Assembly: GCA_965205535.1 (NCBI GenBank)
Contig: CBDBHH010000005.1
Span: 266,712-330,711, forward strand
Length of the DNA stretch: 64,000 bases
From: Alphaproteobacteria bacterium
Lineage (GTDB): Bacteria > Pseudomonadota > Alphaproteobacteria > UBA6615
Reading direction: 5' to 3'
Part shown: positions 29,768-39,634 of the stretch, piece by piece
Layout of the letters: each line of letters begins with the position of its first letter
Numbering within the stretch: position 1 is the first letter of the stretch
The notes under the pieces: generated by a model
Seen by the model: the letters and a program-made list of their open reading frames with translations, nothing else
What the model was told of the DNA's origin: nothing
The model's database searches: none
Position numbers and translations under genes: made by a program

Positions 29768-31226
29768 TCAGAACGTCCAGCGTCGGTTGAGCCCGATCGA
29801 AAGCCTGTAGTTGTTGTAGGTGTAGTTACGACACCTGCCGATACGCTTCGCCGCCGAATGTGAATGTAAACGGTGTCCAGAACTCCCCGGCATTGGTGAA
29901 AATGCCCGACCAGGGGATGCCATAAGTCATCCGGACACGTCCGCCCCAGTCATGGCGGGTTTGGGCGCTGATCGATGGATCCCGGTCGTCGTAGCGATCA
30001 TTGTTGACGGTCAATGATGTCAGCAAAAAATCGCCGCCGCCGAACAACAGCGTGTGGCTTAAGCCGATCTCCATTCCATCGTAAGAATTGTAGCTGCGAG
30101 ACGCGATATTGCGGGTCTGGGTATATGTGACACGCAGGCGCTGACGTGGGGTCAGAATCTGCGAGGTTCCAACTTCGATCTCATACTCACGCCCGCTACG
30201 TTCCGTGGCCGTCAGGCTGCTCGTGATGTTGTTGTAGGACTGATATTTCATTGTCCCGCCGGCAAAAACCGACCAGGTGTTGGAAAGCGCATAGACCCAA
30301 TCAACAGTGGCACCCGCTGCCGTGAGATACTTCTCGCGCGACAAGTCGATGCGCTCATAGAGAAGACGCGGCGTTATTGTCGACGGTGCAAAATCAAGCT
30401 CGTACCCGAAATCGGCGGTGATGGCACGCAGGTCCAGGTCATCCTGCTGGATCTGTTCTCCCTGGTAGAAAACCAGCCCACCAAGCATCTTGTGCTGTTT
30501 CTGCAGTCCGAGGTCATGCTCAAAGGAAATCTGAGCCAAACCATTCAAGGCCATATCATCCTGGCGCGCGGAACTGCCGGTCGTTCGTGTCGGCAAATCA
30601 GCGGCGAGGCGGAGCTCGGACTTCGGTGACGCGTTGCGGTTCCAGTCATACTGGGTGGCGAAATTCATCGCGAAAGTGAAGATCGTCCGCTTGCGACGTG
30701 ACGCAATTTGGTCGAGATACTGGTCGATCTGGCGCCGCAGCTCAGGTGCCAGGTCCAGTTCCTGCAAGGAAACCAGTTCACGCTCGGCCTCATCGAGGTT
30801 GTCGAGACGGAAAAGGACGATTGCGAATAAAACCCGCACCACGGCCAGGTCGGGACGGATCAGGAGAATACGTTCCAGCGTCGCGCCCGCGCCACGCACA
30901 TTGCCATCACGAATTTGGGTCAGCGCATATCGAACGTTGAGTTCAATATTGTCGGGGTCTTCAAGCACCTGTTCGAATGTTACGGGCGGCCCCTTGCTGA
31001 AGGCCTCCAGGTCAAGTGCGTCCTGGGCTGTTCGCTCAACATCACGCTGAGTCTCGATCGATTCACGTACATCGGTTTCACGGGATTCCGTGTCCGACTG
31101 CTGGGCATGCGCAGGCACCGCGATTACGATCGCTCCGGCGATCACCAACCCATAGCGAAAACCGCACCGCACACGCCCATGCGCGCGCAATAGAGAACTC
31201 GGCACTCGAACCAACGAAACCCCCAA
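29768..31226 (-). pseudogene. outer-membrane protein with N-terminal TPR-like region and C-terminal beta-barrel (DUF560/Slam-like architecture); apparent frameshift near 29826-29832
   Basis: 466 aa ORF 31226..29826 has a signal peptide (AIVIAVPAHA) and a TPR-like helical region, then a strand-like sequence. The last beta-strand with terminal aromatic residue (...NYTYNNYRLSIGLNRRWTF*) is in the +1 frame immediately after the annotated stop. Confidence 0.5.
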
Positions 31227-31297
31227 AGTATCGGGGTATTAAGCATGATGTGCCAAATGGGGGCAAGCGTGAGGCACCGCTCTAACCCTTTGAGAAA

Positions 31298-33559
31298 TCA
31301 TTTCATTTCCTCAACGTGGATGCCTTTCCAGTCCTCCGGCGGCGGATCGAAGGAATAGTGGAAAATGCGCTCGGCGTAGAGCTCGTAGAACGCCTCGATG
31401 GCACCAGGCATTTCGACACAGAGGTTGAGTGCATCCTGGGCGCTGTCCCAGTCGCGAGCGCGATAAGCCTCCAGCATCCGCGCATGCTCACGCCGCAGGG
31501 CCTGGAAATCCTCGCTCACCGCCATAGGCGCATCACCCAACAATGCGTAAATACGAACCGCCTCTCGCTTGCCTTTCACGGCAATCCTGTCGAGCTCAAG
31601 GAAAGCGAAGTCGTCAGCCACCTGACTTTGCGTCGATTCACCCACAATGATGGGCACCCCATATGGCCGCGACTGGCCTTCGAGCCGGGCGGCGAGATTG
31701 ACCGCGTCACCCAACACCGAATAGTCAAACCGCTGGTCCGATCCCATGTTCCCGACGACACACTCGCCTGTGTTGAGACCAACCCCGACGGCTATGGCGA
31801 CTGCGTCCGGGTTCTCCGCCAGGCGCGAATCATTGACCTGCTCGAGCGCGCGCAGCATGGCCAGTGCGGCGTCACAGGCATGGGCAGCATGGGCCGGATC
31901 ATCGATCGGGGCGTTCCAGAACGCCATGATGCAATCGCCCATATACTTGTCGATGGTTCCGTCACGCTCCAGAATTTCAGCGGTCAGCGGCGTCAACAGG
32001 CGATTGATCAAGGTGGTCAGCGCCTGCGGATCATCGCGATGTTCTTCGGAAATGGATGTGAACCCGCGAATGTCGCAAAACAGCAGGGTCATCTCCCGCG
32101 TCTCGCCACCCAGCCTGAGCCGCTCGGGCTGGTCGGCAAGCTGTTCAACCAGTGCCGGCGACAGATATTGCCCGAAGGCCGTACGAATCTGGCGACGCTG
32201 GGTTTCCGATTGCAGATACGTGATCAGCGAGCTCGATAAATAGACCACCAGCACGACCAGCGCCGGGAAGACCGGGTCGATCAGAACGCCCACGCTCGTG
32301 AATGCAAACCACCCTGCTGCCACACCCGCTGTAATGGCGATCAGGCACACGATGGCGCTCGCGGTAACACCAAGTCGCGGCAGCAAAAGCACCAGAAAAA
32401 TTCCCAGCAGCGCGAACGCCGCGAGTTCCGCCCCCAATGTCCAGTCCGGGCGCGTCAGAAAACTTCCATTGAGAATCTGCTCCACGAGTTCGGCATGCAC
32501 TTCGACCCCGGGAATGATCGAGTTCAGCGGGGTCGCGCGAAGATCGAACAACCCCGGCGCGCTTGTCCCGACAAGTATGATCGCTCCCTCGATACCGTCA
32601 TCGGCCTTGATGGGTTCGGTGTCAGACCAGAGGCGCCATGCCGGTACATATCGTGCAGCTTCATGGCCGGTATAGCGCAACCACACATGGCCATCGCCGC
32701 TTGTCGGCACCCGCAAATTTCCGATCCGGATATCGGCGATACCCGAACTGTCGTCGACACCACCCTCACCGCTCGCGTCTGACATACGGATATTAAATCC
32801 CTGCGCGCCCTGTGCCACACGAAGCGCCTCGGCCCCGAGCGTCGGGTATAGGGGTGGCAGCTTGAACGGATCGTCATAGGCAGGCGTCGTTCCCGGCGCC
32901 ACATACTGTGTGAACAGTGGCACCCTGCGTATTAGCCCGTCCGCGTCGGCCTCGAAATTTATGTTGCCAACGCCCGAAGCTGCGGCCCCAAGCGCCGGCA
33001 AATTCGCGATCGCAGCGCCGTAGGCCGGCAAAAATGGATGCGGCGGGGATCCGCCGAGCCCGACACCGGCCTTCGGTGCGGGCGGCGGGGCGGTCTCGCG
33101 TGAGCGCGTAAACGCGAACCCGGCGACCACCCGCCCGCGCGCGAAGGCTTCTGCCAGGAGTTGGTCATGGTCGGGCAGTGCGGAGATCCGGGCGCGCAGG
33201 TCTGCATCATCCGGCCCGTCGGGCCAATCCGCGATGACGTTGGACGGCGATGTCCGGTCCGGCTCGGCAAACAACACATCGAATACGACCACCGCAGCCC
33301 CCTGCTCGTGCAGCCTGTCCACCAGCTCGGCGATCCGGGAGCGCGGCCAGGGCCATTGCCCGATTCGTGCCAGGCTTTCATCGTCGATATCCAGGATACG
33401 TACCGGCAGGCCGCTGTCATAAACCCGTGGCTCAATCCGCTGGTAGGTGTCGAAGGTCCACAATCTGGCCAGCTCAACAGGCTGCGGGTCCTCGACGCGC
33501 AGCAACAGCGCGAAGACGAGGATCAGGAGAGGAATGATACGGGCTTTCCAAGTGGTCAT
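31298..33559 (-). CDS. class III adenylate/guanylate cyclase with N-terminal CHASE2 extracytoplasmic sensor domain
   Basis: 753 aa with an N-terminal TM segment, a large periplasmic region and three further TM segments. C-terminal cyclase homology domain (LLFCDIRGFTSISE ... YMGDCIMAFWNAP ... GDAVNLAARLEG). Confidence 0.85.
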   Translation of the reverse strand: MTTWKARIIPLLILVFALLLRVEDPQPVELARLWTFDTYQRIEPRVYDSGLPVRILDIDDESLARIGQWPWPRSRIAELVDRLHEQGAAVVVFDVLFAEPDRTSPSNVIADWPDGPDDADLRARISALPDHDQLLAEAFARGRVVAGFAFTRSRETAPPPAPKAGVGLGGSPPHPFLPAYGAAIANLPALGAAASGVGNINFEADADGLIRRVPLFTQYVAPGTTPAYDDPFKLPPLYPTLGAEALRVAQGAQGFNIRMSDASGEGGVDDSSGIADIRIGNLRVPTSGDGHVWLRYTGHEAARYVPAWRLWSDTEPIKADDGIEGAIILVGTSAPGLFDLRATPLNSIIPGVEVHAELVEQILNGSFLTRPDWTLGAELAAFALLGIFLVLLLPRLGVTASAIVCLIAITAGVAAGWFAFTSVGVLIDPVFPALVVLVVYLSSSLITYLQSETQRRQIRTAFGQYLSPALVEQLADQPERLRLGGETREMTLLFCDIRGFTSISEEHRDDPQALTTLINRLLTPLTAEILERDGTIDKYMGDCIMAFWNAPIDDPAHAAHACDAALAMLRALEQVNDSRLAENPDAVAIAVGVGLNTGECVVGNMGSDQRFDYSVLGDAVNLAARLEGQSRPYGVPIIVGESTQSQVADDFAFLELDRIAVKGKREAVRIYALLGDAPMAVSEDFQALRREHARMLEAYRARDWDSAQDALNLCVEMPGAIEAFYELYAERIFHYSFDPPPEDWKGIHVEEMK

Positions 33560-33825
33560 CCCTGCAATCTAGCCCAGTGCGCGATTCCGGAGAACGCCGG
33601 CGCGCTTGCATCTAAAGCGCGACGGACGCGAAGGAGATCACCCCGAGCGCGAGAAAGGATGCCGCGCCCCACCGCAGATACATGCGCAAGACAGTGCGGC
33701 TTGCATAGTTTCCGAAAATTCCGTTGCTCGCCAGATGGCGCATATGCGCGGGTCGCCGGGTCATGAGGTCGGTCCGGTTGCTGTTGAAATCCACGCACAA
33801 AGTGCCGTGCGATCGGCTTCGTGTC

Positions 33826-33856
33826 TGTGACGCCCGTCACTGTGACCCCCGTCACT
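33826..33856. promoter_or_regulatory. two tandem CRP-like boxes (TGTGA-cgcccg-TCACT / TGTGA-cccccg-TCACT) sharing one T
   Basis: Seen directly in the 528-bp divergent intergenic region between the CHASE2 cyclase (minus) and the FecR-domain gene (plus); each is a perfect GTGAC...GTCAC palindrome. Confidence 0.45.
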
Positions 33857-34086
33857 TCCCAGGCCGGCAATCATCGCTAGGTTTGGCTCACAACAACGAA
33901 TGGGAAACATGATGATGATCGCGCAACACAACTCACTGAAGCTGATCGGGCACGGCACCCTGATTGTGACCGGCATGCTGACAGGCGGTGTTGGCGCCGC
34001 CGTAATTGTCCTCTTTGCCGCCGCCACGGGAATTTAGGTGCGAGAACGCCTTTTCGACGCTATCTGAACAACTTAGGATATCCGCC

Positions 34087-35721
34087 ATGTTCAATCGCTC
34101 TGCCACTCTCTTCACCGTCGTCACGATCGCCATGACATCTGCCCCGGTTGCACATGGCCAGGGGACCGCCGCACGCGCCGGCGTGGCCGCCGCCGTGCGG
34201 GGCGATGTGGTTTTGATTGCCGCCGCACCACGCCAGGACATCCGGGCGGTCGGCGAGAACGTGCAGAGCGGCGATCCTGTTTTTCTCGGAGATACCATCG
34301 AGACAGGTCCGGATTCAGGCCTCCAGATCATGCTGATGGACGAAACAATTTTCACGATCGGCCCGGACGCGGCCTTGATCATCGACGAGTTTGTCTATGA
34401 TCCCGAAACCAGCGCCGGGAAAGTCACCGCATCGGTTCTGAAGGGCGCCTTCCGTTTTGTCTCCGGTCGCGTCGCCAAGGAAGAGCCGCGCAACATGAAC
34501 GTGAAGACCCCCGTTGGGACGATCGGCATTCGCGGCACATCGACCGCGGGACGCGTCATTCCGGCGAACCCGAACGACCCCAACAGCGAAATCTCGGCCG
34601 ATATCGTGCTGCTCGGGCCGGGCGCCGATAACAATGCAAATGAGCGCGCCGGTCGAATCATCGTCTCCAATGCAGACACGTCGGTTGAAATTTCACGTTC
34701 GGGCTTCGGCACGAACATCGCCGGGATCGATGCAGCACCGACCATTCCCGTGCGGTTTGAGCCATCTGTTGTGTCCGGTCTGACTGGTGACCTCGGTACG
34801 GATGGCGGTGCACGTCCGGCATCCCGACCCGCGGCCGGCCCCGACGCGCAGAACGGCAATGATCAATCAGGCGGCAGCGACGGCAATCCACCCAACAGCG
34901 ACACAGGCGCAAACAACGGCGACGGTTCGACGGCGGCCCGCCCCGCAGGACCTGCAGCACCCGCGGGACAAAACTCCAACGATGCAGGCGTGTCCGGGCC
35001 TGCCGGCGGCGCGGCAAGCAGCCCCGTCATCCCCCGCGGCCCGGCTCCCGGAAGCGCCGTAGCCGCGGGTCCGGTAGCGGGAGGCGGCATCAACCTCGGA
35101 CAGGTGAACGCATTGTCGGGTCAGACGATTGGCGCCAGCGTCGTCAATGCCGGGGTCCTGAACCAGCTTGGCGCCAATCAGAATCAGGCCCAGCAGTTGC
35201 TGCTGGCTGCGGTCGAAGAGGGTGCCGGGTCGTTCAATAATGCGGTCACGACATTCTCACAGCTGCAGTCCATAGAGACGGGTAAAGCGAGCTATGATTT
35301 CGGCACGATCAATCTCAGCTATGTCAGCGGGGCGCACCAAAACAGCGGTGGCAGCTACAACGCATCTGCCTTGATCGATTTCGGTGCGCGCACGATTGAC
35401 CTCACGGTGGCGAATGTCAGCTACTTCTTCAACGGCGGTACAGGGCGGCTGTTCGTGTTCAAGGACGACGGTGGCAGCGGCCCAACCGACGGAACATTTG
35501 ACGGTGACAACGGCCCGGTAAAGAACACCTGGGACTCATCCGTCGACACGACCAACTTCCCGACGGCGCCCACAGACGGGGCCACCGCAAAGGTGACCGC
35601 AACGATCCTGAACAACACCGAGACGGGCGTGATCGCCGGCGCCGGACGGATCAATGTGCGGATCGAGGAAAATGGCGGCAACACCGTGAGCGCCGGCGGA
35701 AAAACGGTCGCGAGGCAATAA
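34087..35721 (+). CDS. secreted FecR-domain protein with Gly/Pro/Ala-rich low-complexity linker and a C-terminal domain of unknown function
   Basis: The start was chosen at MFNRSATLFTVVTIAMTSAPVAHG (signal peptide, AGGA ribosome-binding site). FecR-like region DVVLIAAAPRQDIRAVGENVQSGDPVFLGDTIETGPDSGLQIMLMDETIFTIGPDAALIIDEF. FecR-domain genes commonly neighbour CHASE2 sensor genes. Confidence 0.65.
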   Translation: MFNRSATLFTVVTIAMTSAPVAHGQGTAARAGVAAAVRGDVVLIAAAPRQDIRAVGENVQSGDPVFLGDTIETGPDSGLQIMLMDETIFTIGPDAALIIDEFVYDPETSAGKVTASVLKGAFRFVSGRVAKEEPRNMNVKTPVGTIGIRGTSTAGRVIPANPNDPNSEISADIVLLGPGADNNANERAGRIIVSNADTSVEISRSGFGTNIAGIDAAPTIPVRFEPSVVSGLTGDLGTDGGARPASRPAAGPDAQNGNDQSGGSDGNPPNSDTGANNGDGSTAARPAGPAAPAGQNSNDAGVSGPAGGAASSPVIPRGPAPGSAVAAGPVAGGGINLGQVNALSGQTIGASVVNAGVLNQLGANQNQAQQLLLAAVEEGAGSFNNAVTTFSQLQSIETGKASYDFGTINLSYVSGAHQNSGGSYNASALIDFGARTIDLTVANVSYFFNGGTGRLFVFKDDGGSGPTDGTFDGDNGPVKNTWDSSVDTTNFPTAPTDGATAKVTATILNNTETGVIAGAGRINVRIEENGGNTVSAGGKTVARQ

Positions 35722-35743
35722 GCCTGGCGCCACGGCACAGAAC

Positions 35744-36505
35744 TCAATCGGGCTTCAAAACCCCCAAGACCTCGGGGGCCGCCCCGGTCAGCATCCGCAG
35801 ATCCGATGTCGGCGTCACCAGGTCGAACCCGTCCGCGATCATTTGTGCCGAATAGTCGGTTCGGGTGGCGTGGACACCGGCGCGTATACCTGCCGCGTGG
35901 GCACCCTCTCTGATCTGTGCGATCAGATCCGCCACAGGTCCTTCGAAATTGTCATGCTTGGGCGGATGCCCGTGAGAAAACGCCAGATCCGTCGGCCCGA
36001 TATAAACCGCGTCGAGCCCGGGCGTTTCGGCGATTTCCGCAAGGTTCGCCACGCCCTCACGGGTCTCGATCATCGCGAAGGTCAGGATCTCCTCGTTCGC
36101 ATGCTCCAGGTAATCCGCCCCGCCATAGATCGAGCCACGGTACGCACCGTTCGAGCGATAGCCGTCCGGCGGATACCGGCATGCGCCGACAAAGCGCTCC
36201 GCGTCATCCCGGTTGTTGATCATCGGGCAGATGATGCCGTAGGCACCCGCGTCCAGACACCGCATGATGACCGAGGGTTCGTTCCAGGGGACCCGGATGA
36301 TGGGAACCGCATTGCCGGCCGACATGGCCTGAAGCATCGGGATCGCGTCCGGGACATCAATCGGTCCATGCTGCAGATCGATGGTCAGCCCGTCCCAGCC
36401 CTGATGGGACATCACTTCCGCCACATAGGGGCTCGGCACCGAGATCCAGCCATTCACGGCAGGACGACCGGTGGTCCATAGTTCACGTAGACGATTTTTG
36501 CGCAT
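35744..36505 (-). CDS. HpcH/HpaI-family aldolase
   Basis: 253 aa with class II aldolase motifs (IDLQHGPID, MIETREGVANLAEIAETPGLDAVYIGPTDL). Confidence 0.75.
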   Translation of the reverse strand: MRKNRLRELWTTGRPAVNGWISVPSPYVAEVMSHQGWDGLTIDLQHGPIDVPDAIPMLQAMSAGNAVPIIRVPWNEPSVIMRCLDAGAYGIICPMINNRDDAERFVGACRYPPDGYRSNGAYRGSIYGGADYLEHANEEILTFAMIETREGVANLAEIAETPGLDAVYIGPTDLAFSHGHPPKHDNFEGPVADLIAQIREGAHAAGIRAGVHATRTDYSAQMIADGFDLVTPTSDLRMLTGAAPEVLGVLKPD

Positions 36506-36583
36506 GGATCCCCTGCCCTGACGATTTTCGAGTCACCAGTCTGGCATGGGGGCAAACGGTGCACCACCGCCCGGGTGCAGGCC

Positions 36584-37960
36584 TTAGGCGGACTGGCGTT
36601 CAAGGATCTCCGCGCGCAGCTGGGCCTGGCGTTCAGCCGTCAGCGGATAGCGCCAAACAATCCCTAGTGCCAAAAGTTTGAAGACGATGGGGCAAACGCC
36701 GAACAGAATCGCGAGCACCAGCAAGGCACTGTCGCCGTTATACATATCGGGCACAAACCCGGCCCGCGCGAGAATAAGGAGCGATAATCCACCGACGAGC
36801 GCCGCGGCAGCCTTGGCCGCCATTGCCCAGACGGCGAAGAAAATCCCGGTACGTTGCTGGCCTGTTCTGAGAATATCCTGATCCACAACATCGGCGAGCA
36901 TTGAAGCGGGCATAGCGAGATCGGCACCCAATGTAAGCCCTGCCACCATCGCAACGAACAAAAACGGAATGGCGTCGCCGGAGCCCAAGAACGGAACCGT
37001 CGAGAAAGTCGCGATCGCAAGAATGAGCGCGAAACGCCACGCCACATGTTTGCCAAGCCAGCCTGCGAGCAACATCCAGAGCGGTGTTCCGAGGATCGCA
37101 GCGCCGAAATAGACTGCGAGATAGATGGGCTCCCAATCAGGGCGCTCTATGACCTGCTTAATGTAGAAAAAGAACAACGCCACCGGAAACGCGTTGGCTA
37201 TCCCGTTCGCGAAATAGCAGGCCAATATTCGCAGATACGGCTTGTTGTCGAGCATTTGACGCATGCCATCACGCCAGTTTACCGACGGTCCGGTGAAACT
37301 GGGAACCGGTCGTTCGCGCACAAAGAAGACCGTCGCCACGATCGGGATCGGCAATATCATCATGCCAACGATGCCAATCAAATTCAGCGCGTCCCGTTCA
37401 GGGAAGAAGGCAATGCCCCCTTTGTTCGCGATAAGAAACAAGCCCGACGCAATCAGCGTACCGACGACCGAGAAAAGATGACGATAGAGAAATATCCGGC
37501 TGCGCTGATGATATGAGGTGCTGAGTTCCGCTCCCATCGCGGTGTAGGGCATGAACAATGCTGTGCCCGACGTGAACAACACAAAACTCCACACTGCCAG
37601 GTAAACGACATCCGCATCTGGCGGCGGCAGGAAGACTTTGTAGATTGCCAATGTGAGTGGCGCCCATGCCAACACCATCCAGGGAATGCGCCGCCCAAAC
37701 CGACTGCGTGTCTTGTCGCTCAACCATCCGATCAGCGGGTCGGTCACGAAATCCCATACGCGCGTGGCCAAAATCACAAACCCCGCGTCGACCATGGATA
37801 TTCCGCCGAGCGACGAATAGACCTTCGGCAAAAACATGAAAACACCGATCGCGAGCAACGAAACAGGCATGGAGATCGACCCGAACACGATCAGCGTCGT
37901 CAGGCTCAAACGATCCGTGGCATGATCTGGCTGCGCGGTCGTATCATCCTCCGCGGTCAT
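36584..37960 (-). CDS. MFS transporter (GPH/MelB-like sugar:cation symporter family)
   Basis: 458 aa, 12 predicted TM helices, GPH-type motif DKTRSRFGRRIPWM. Confidence 0.75.
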   Translation of the reverse strand: MTAEDDTTAQPDHATDRLSLTTLIVFGSISMPVSLLAIGVFMFLPKVYSSLGGISMVDAGFVILATRVWDFVTDPLIGWLSDKTRSRFGRRIPWMVLAWAPLTLAIYKVFLPPPDADVVYLAVWSFVLFTSGTALFMPYTAMGAELSTSYHQRSRIFLYRHLFSVVGTLIASGLFLIANKGGIAFFPERDALNLIGIVGMMILPIPIVATVFFVRERPVPSFTGPSVNWRDGMRQMLDNKPYLRILACYFANGIANAFPVALFFFYIKQVIERPDWEPIYLAVYFGAAILGTPLWMLLAGWLGKHVAWRFALILAIATFSTVPFLGSGDAIPFLFVAMVAGLTLGADLAMPASMLADVVDQDILRTGQQRTGIFFAVWAMAAKAAAALVGGLSLLILARAGFVPDMYNGDSALLVLAILFGVCPIVFKLLALGIVWRYPLTAERQAQLRAEILERQSA

Positions 37961-38161
37961 ATGTTCGCGTTTCGGGACAAAACCCGTTCCCCATCACCTG
38001 TCAACTCGGCACCCCCGCCGAATTCTAGATATAACCCTTGGGAAGGCATGTGGCTGTAACGTAATTGTCAACGTGGTCGCCGCGCCAACGTCGCGTTGGC
38101 CCCGGTGACAACCGGTAAAAATACCGTGCCCAGACCCAATGAGATCACATATACCCGCCCA

Positions 38162-39634
38162 ATGACCGCCGACGCCGTCCTCGCAGAATCACTCGATGCG
38201 CTCGAAGCGCGCGTCCGCCATGAGTTGGCGCTTCTCGACCACCCCAAGGCCGAGTGGGTCCCGCCGCGCACGGACAAGTCCGGACGTCACGTCTATGACG
38301 TGCTGATGGTGGGTGCCGGCCAGAGCGGTCTCGGCGCCCTCTTCGCGCTGGGTCGCGAGAAAGTGACGAACATTCTGGCGGTCGACCGCAGCCCGGCCGG
38401 GCGAGAAGGCCCCTGGATCACCTATGCGCGCATGCAACAGCTGCGCACACACAAGGACATCACCGGCCCCGCGCAGGGCATTCCGTCCCTCACACCACGC
38501 GCCTGGTATACCGCCAAATATGGGGCGGACGCCTGGGACGCACTGGTCCGCATTCCACGCACTGACTGGCAGGAATATCTGAACTGGTACCGGGATATCC
38601 TCGATCTGCCGGTTTGGAACGAGACCGAGGTGGGGCCGCTCGCGGCCGACGATCTCGATAATCCCGACAGTCTGATCCGGGTGCCCCTGGCCGCCACCGG
38701 CGCGAGCGGGCGAACCGAAACCGTGCTCGCGCGCGAGGTTGTCCTCGCCAACGGCCTGGAGGGTTGTGGCGAGTGGCATATCCCCGAGATCCTGACCGAC
38801 AATCTGCCCGCCGATCGCTACACTCAGGCCAACACGGAATTCGACGTGACGGCACTACGCGGCAAGCGCGTCATCGTGATCGGTGCGAATGCCGGCGGCT
38901 TCGATTCCGCCGCGGCGGTCCTCGAAGCCGGTGCGGCCTCGGCCGATCTCCTGGTGCGGCGCGACGAAATCACCCGGGTGAATGCCCACAAGCCGATCGA
39001 CAGCATCGCGTGGCTCAAGCATTTTGCCGACCTCGACGACGCCACGCGCTGGCGCCTGATGGTGCATGTCATGCGCAACAACCAGCCGCCGCCCCAGGAC
39101 ACATTCGACCGGGCGGCCAACATGCCGGGCTTCCGGATGCGCGAGGGTGCGGGGATAACGGCGGCCTTCATGGCGGACGACGAGGTGATCATCGAGACGA
39201 CCGCAGGCGACACCCTGCACGCGGATTTCGTTATTGCCGCGACAGGTTTTATCAACGATTTCAGCCTGCGTATCGAAACCTCGGAGATCGCCGACAAGAT
39301 CGCGCTCTGGCGCGACCGCTACACGCCGCCGGAAGGCGAGGACAGGGCGCCGATGGGCACATACCCCTATCTGGGGAAATCTTTCGAGTTCATGGAGAAG
39401 ACGCCCGGGACCGCCCCCTGGATGCACCACATTCACTGTTTTTCGCTGGGCACCAAGCCGAGCCTCGGGCTATCGGCCGCCTCGGCGACCGCCATGCGCT
39501 ACGGCGTACCCCGGCTCGTCCAGGCGATCACGCGGCAACTGTTTCTCGATGACGCCACATATCACGCCAACGCCATGCTGACCTTCGACGAGGAAGATTT
39601 GGTCGTTGACCGCAAAGAGTCCGACGAAACCTAG
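38162..39634 (+). CDS. FAD/NAD(P)-binding oxidoreductase (flavin monooxygenase-like)
   Basis: Dinucleotide motif VLMVGAGQSG near the N-terminus and a second Rossmann motif VIVIGANAGG. The ORF track begins at TTG 38096; the ATG at 38162 was chosen. Confidence 0.6.
   Translation: MTADAVLAESLDALEARVRHELALLDHPKAEWVPPRTDKSGRHVYDVLMVGAGQSGLGALFALGREKVTNILAVDRSPAGREGPWITYARMQQLRTHKDITGPAQGIPSLTPRAWYTAKYGADAWDALVRIPRTDWQEYLNWYRDILDLPVWNETEVGPLAADDLDNPDSLIRVPLAATGASGRTETVLAREVVLANGLEGCGEWHIPEILTDNLPADRYTQANTEFDVTALRGKRVIVIGANAGGFDSAAAVLEAGAASADLLVRRDEITRVNAHKPIDSIAWLKHFADLDDATRWRLMVHVMRNNQPPPQDTFDRAANMPGFRMREGAGITAAFMADDEVIIETTAGDTLHADFVIAATGFINDFSLRIETSEIADKIALWRDRYTPPEGEDRAPMGTYPYLGKSFEFMEKTPGTAPWMHHIHCFSLGTKPSLGLSAASATAMRYGVPRLVQAITRQLFLDDATYHANAMLTFDEEDLVVDRKESDET

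Noticed and set aside
29768-31226. Outer-membrane protein considered as the TolC-like outer-membrane factor of the adjacent RND pump
   Set aside because: Architecture is TPR-like N-terminus plus single C-terminal barrel ending in RWTF, not the TolC alpha/beta-barrel repeat structure; it is also on the opposite strand.
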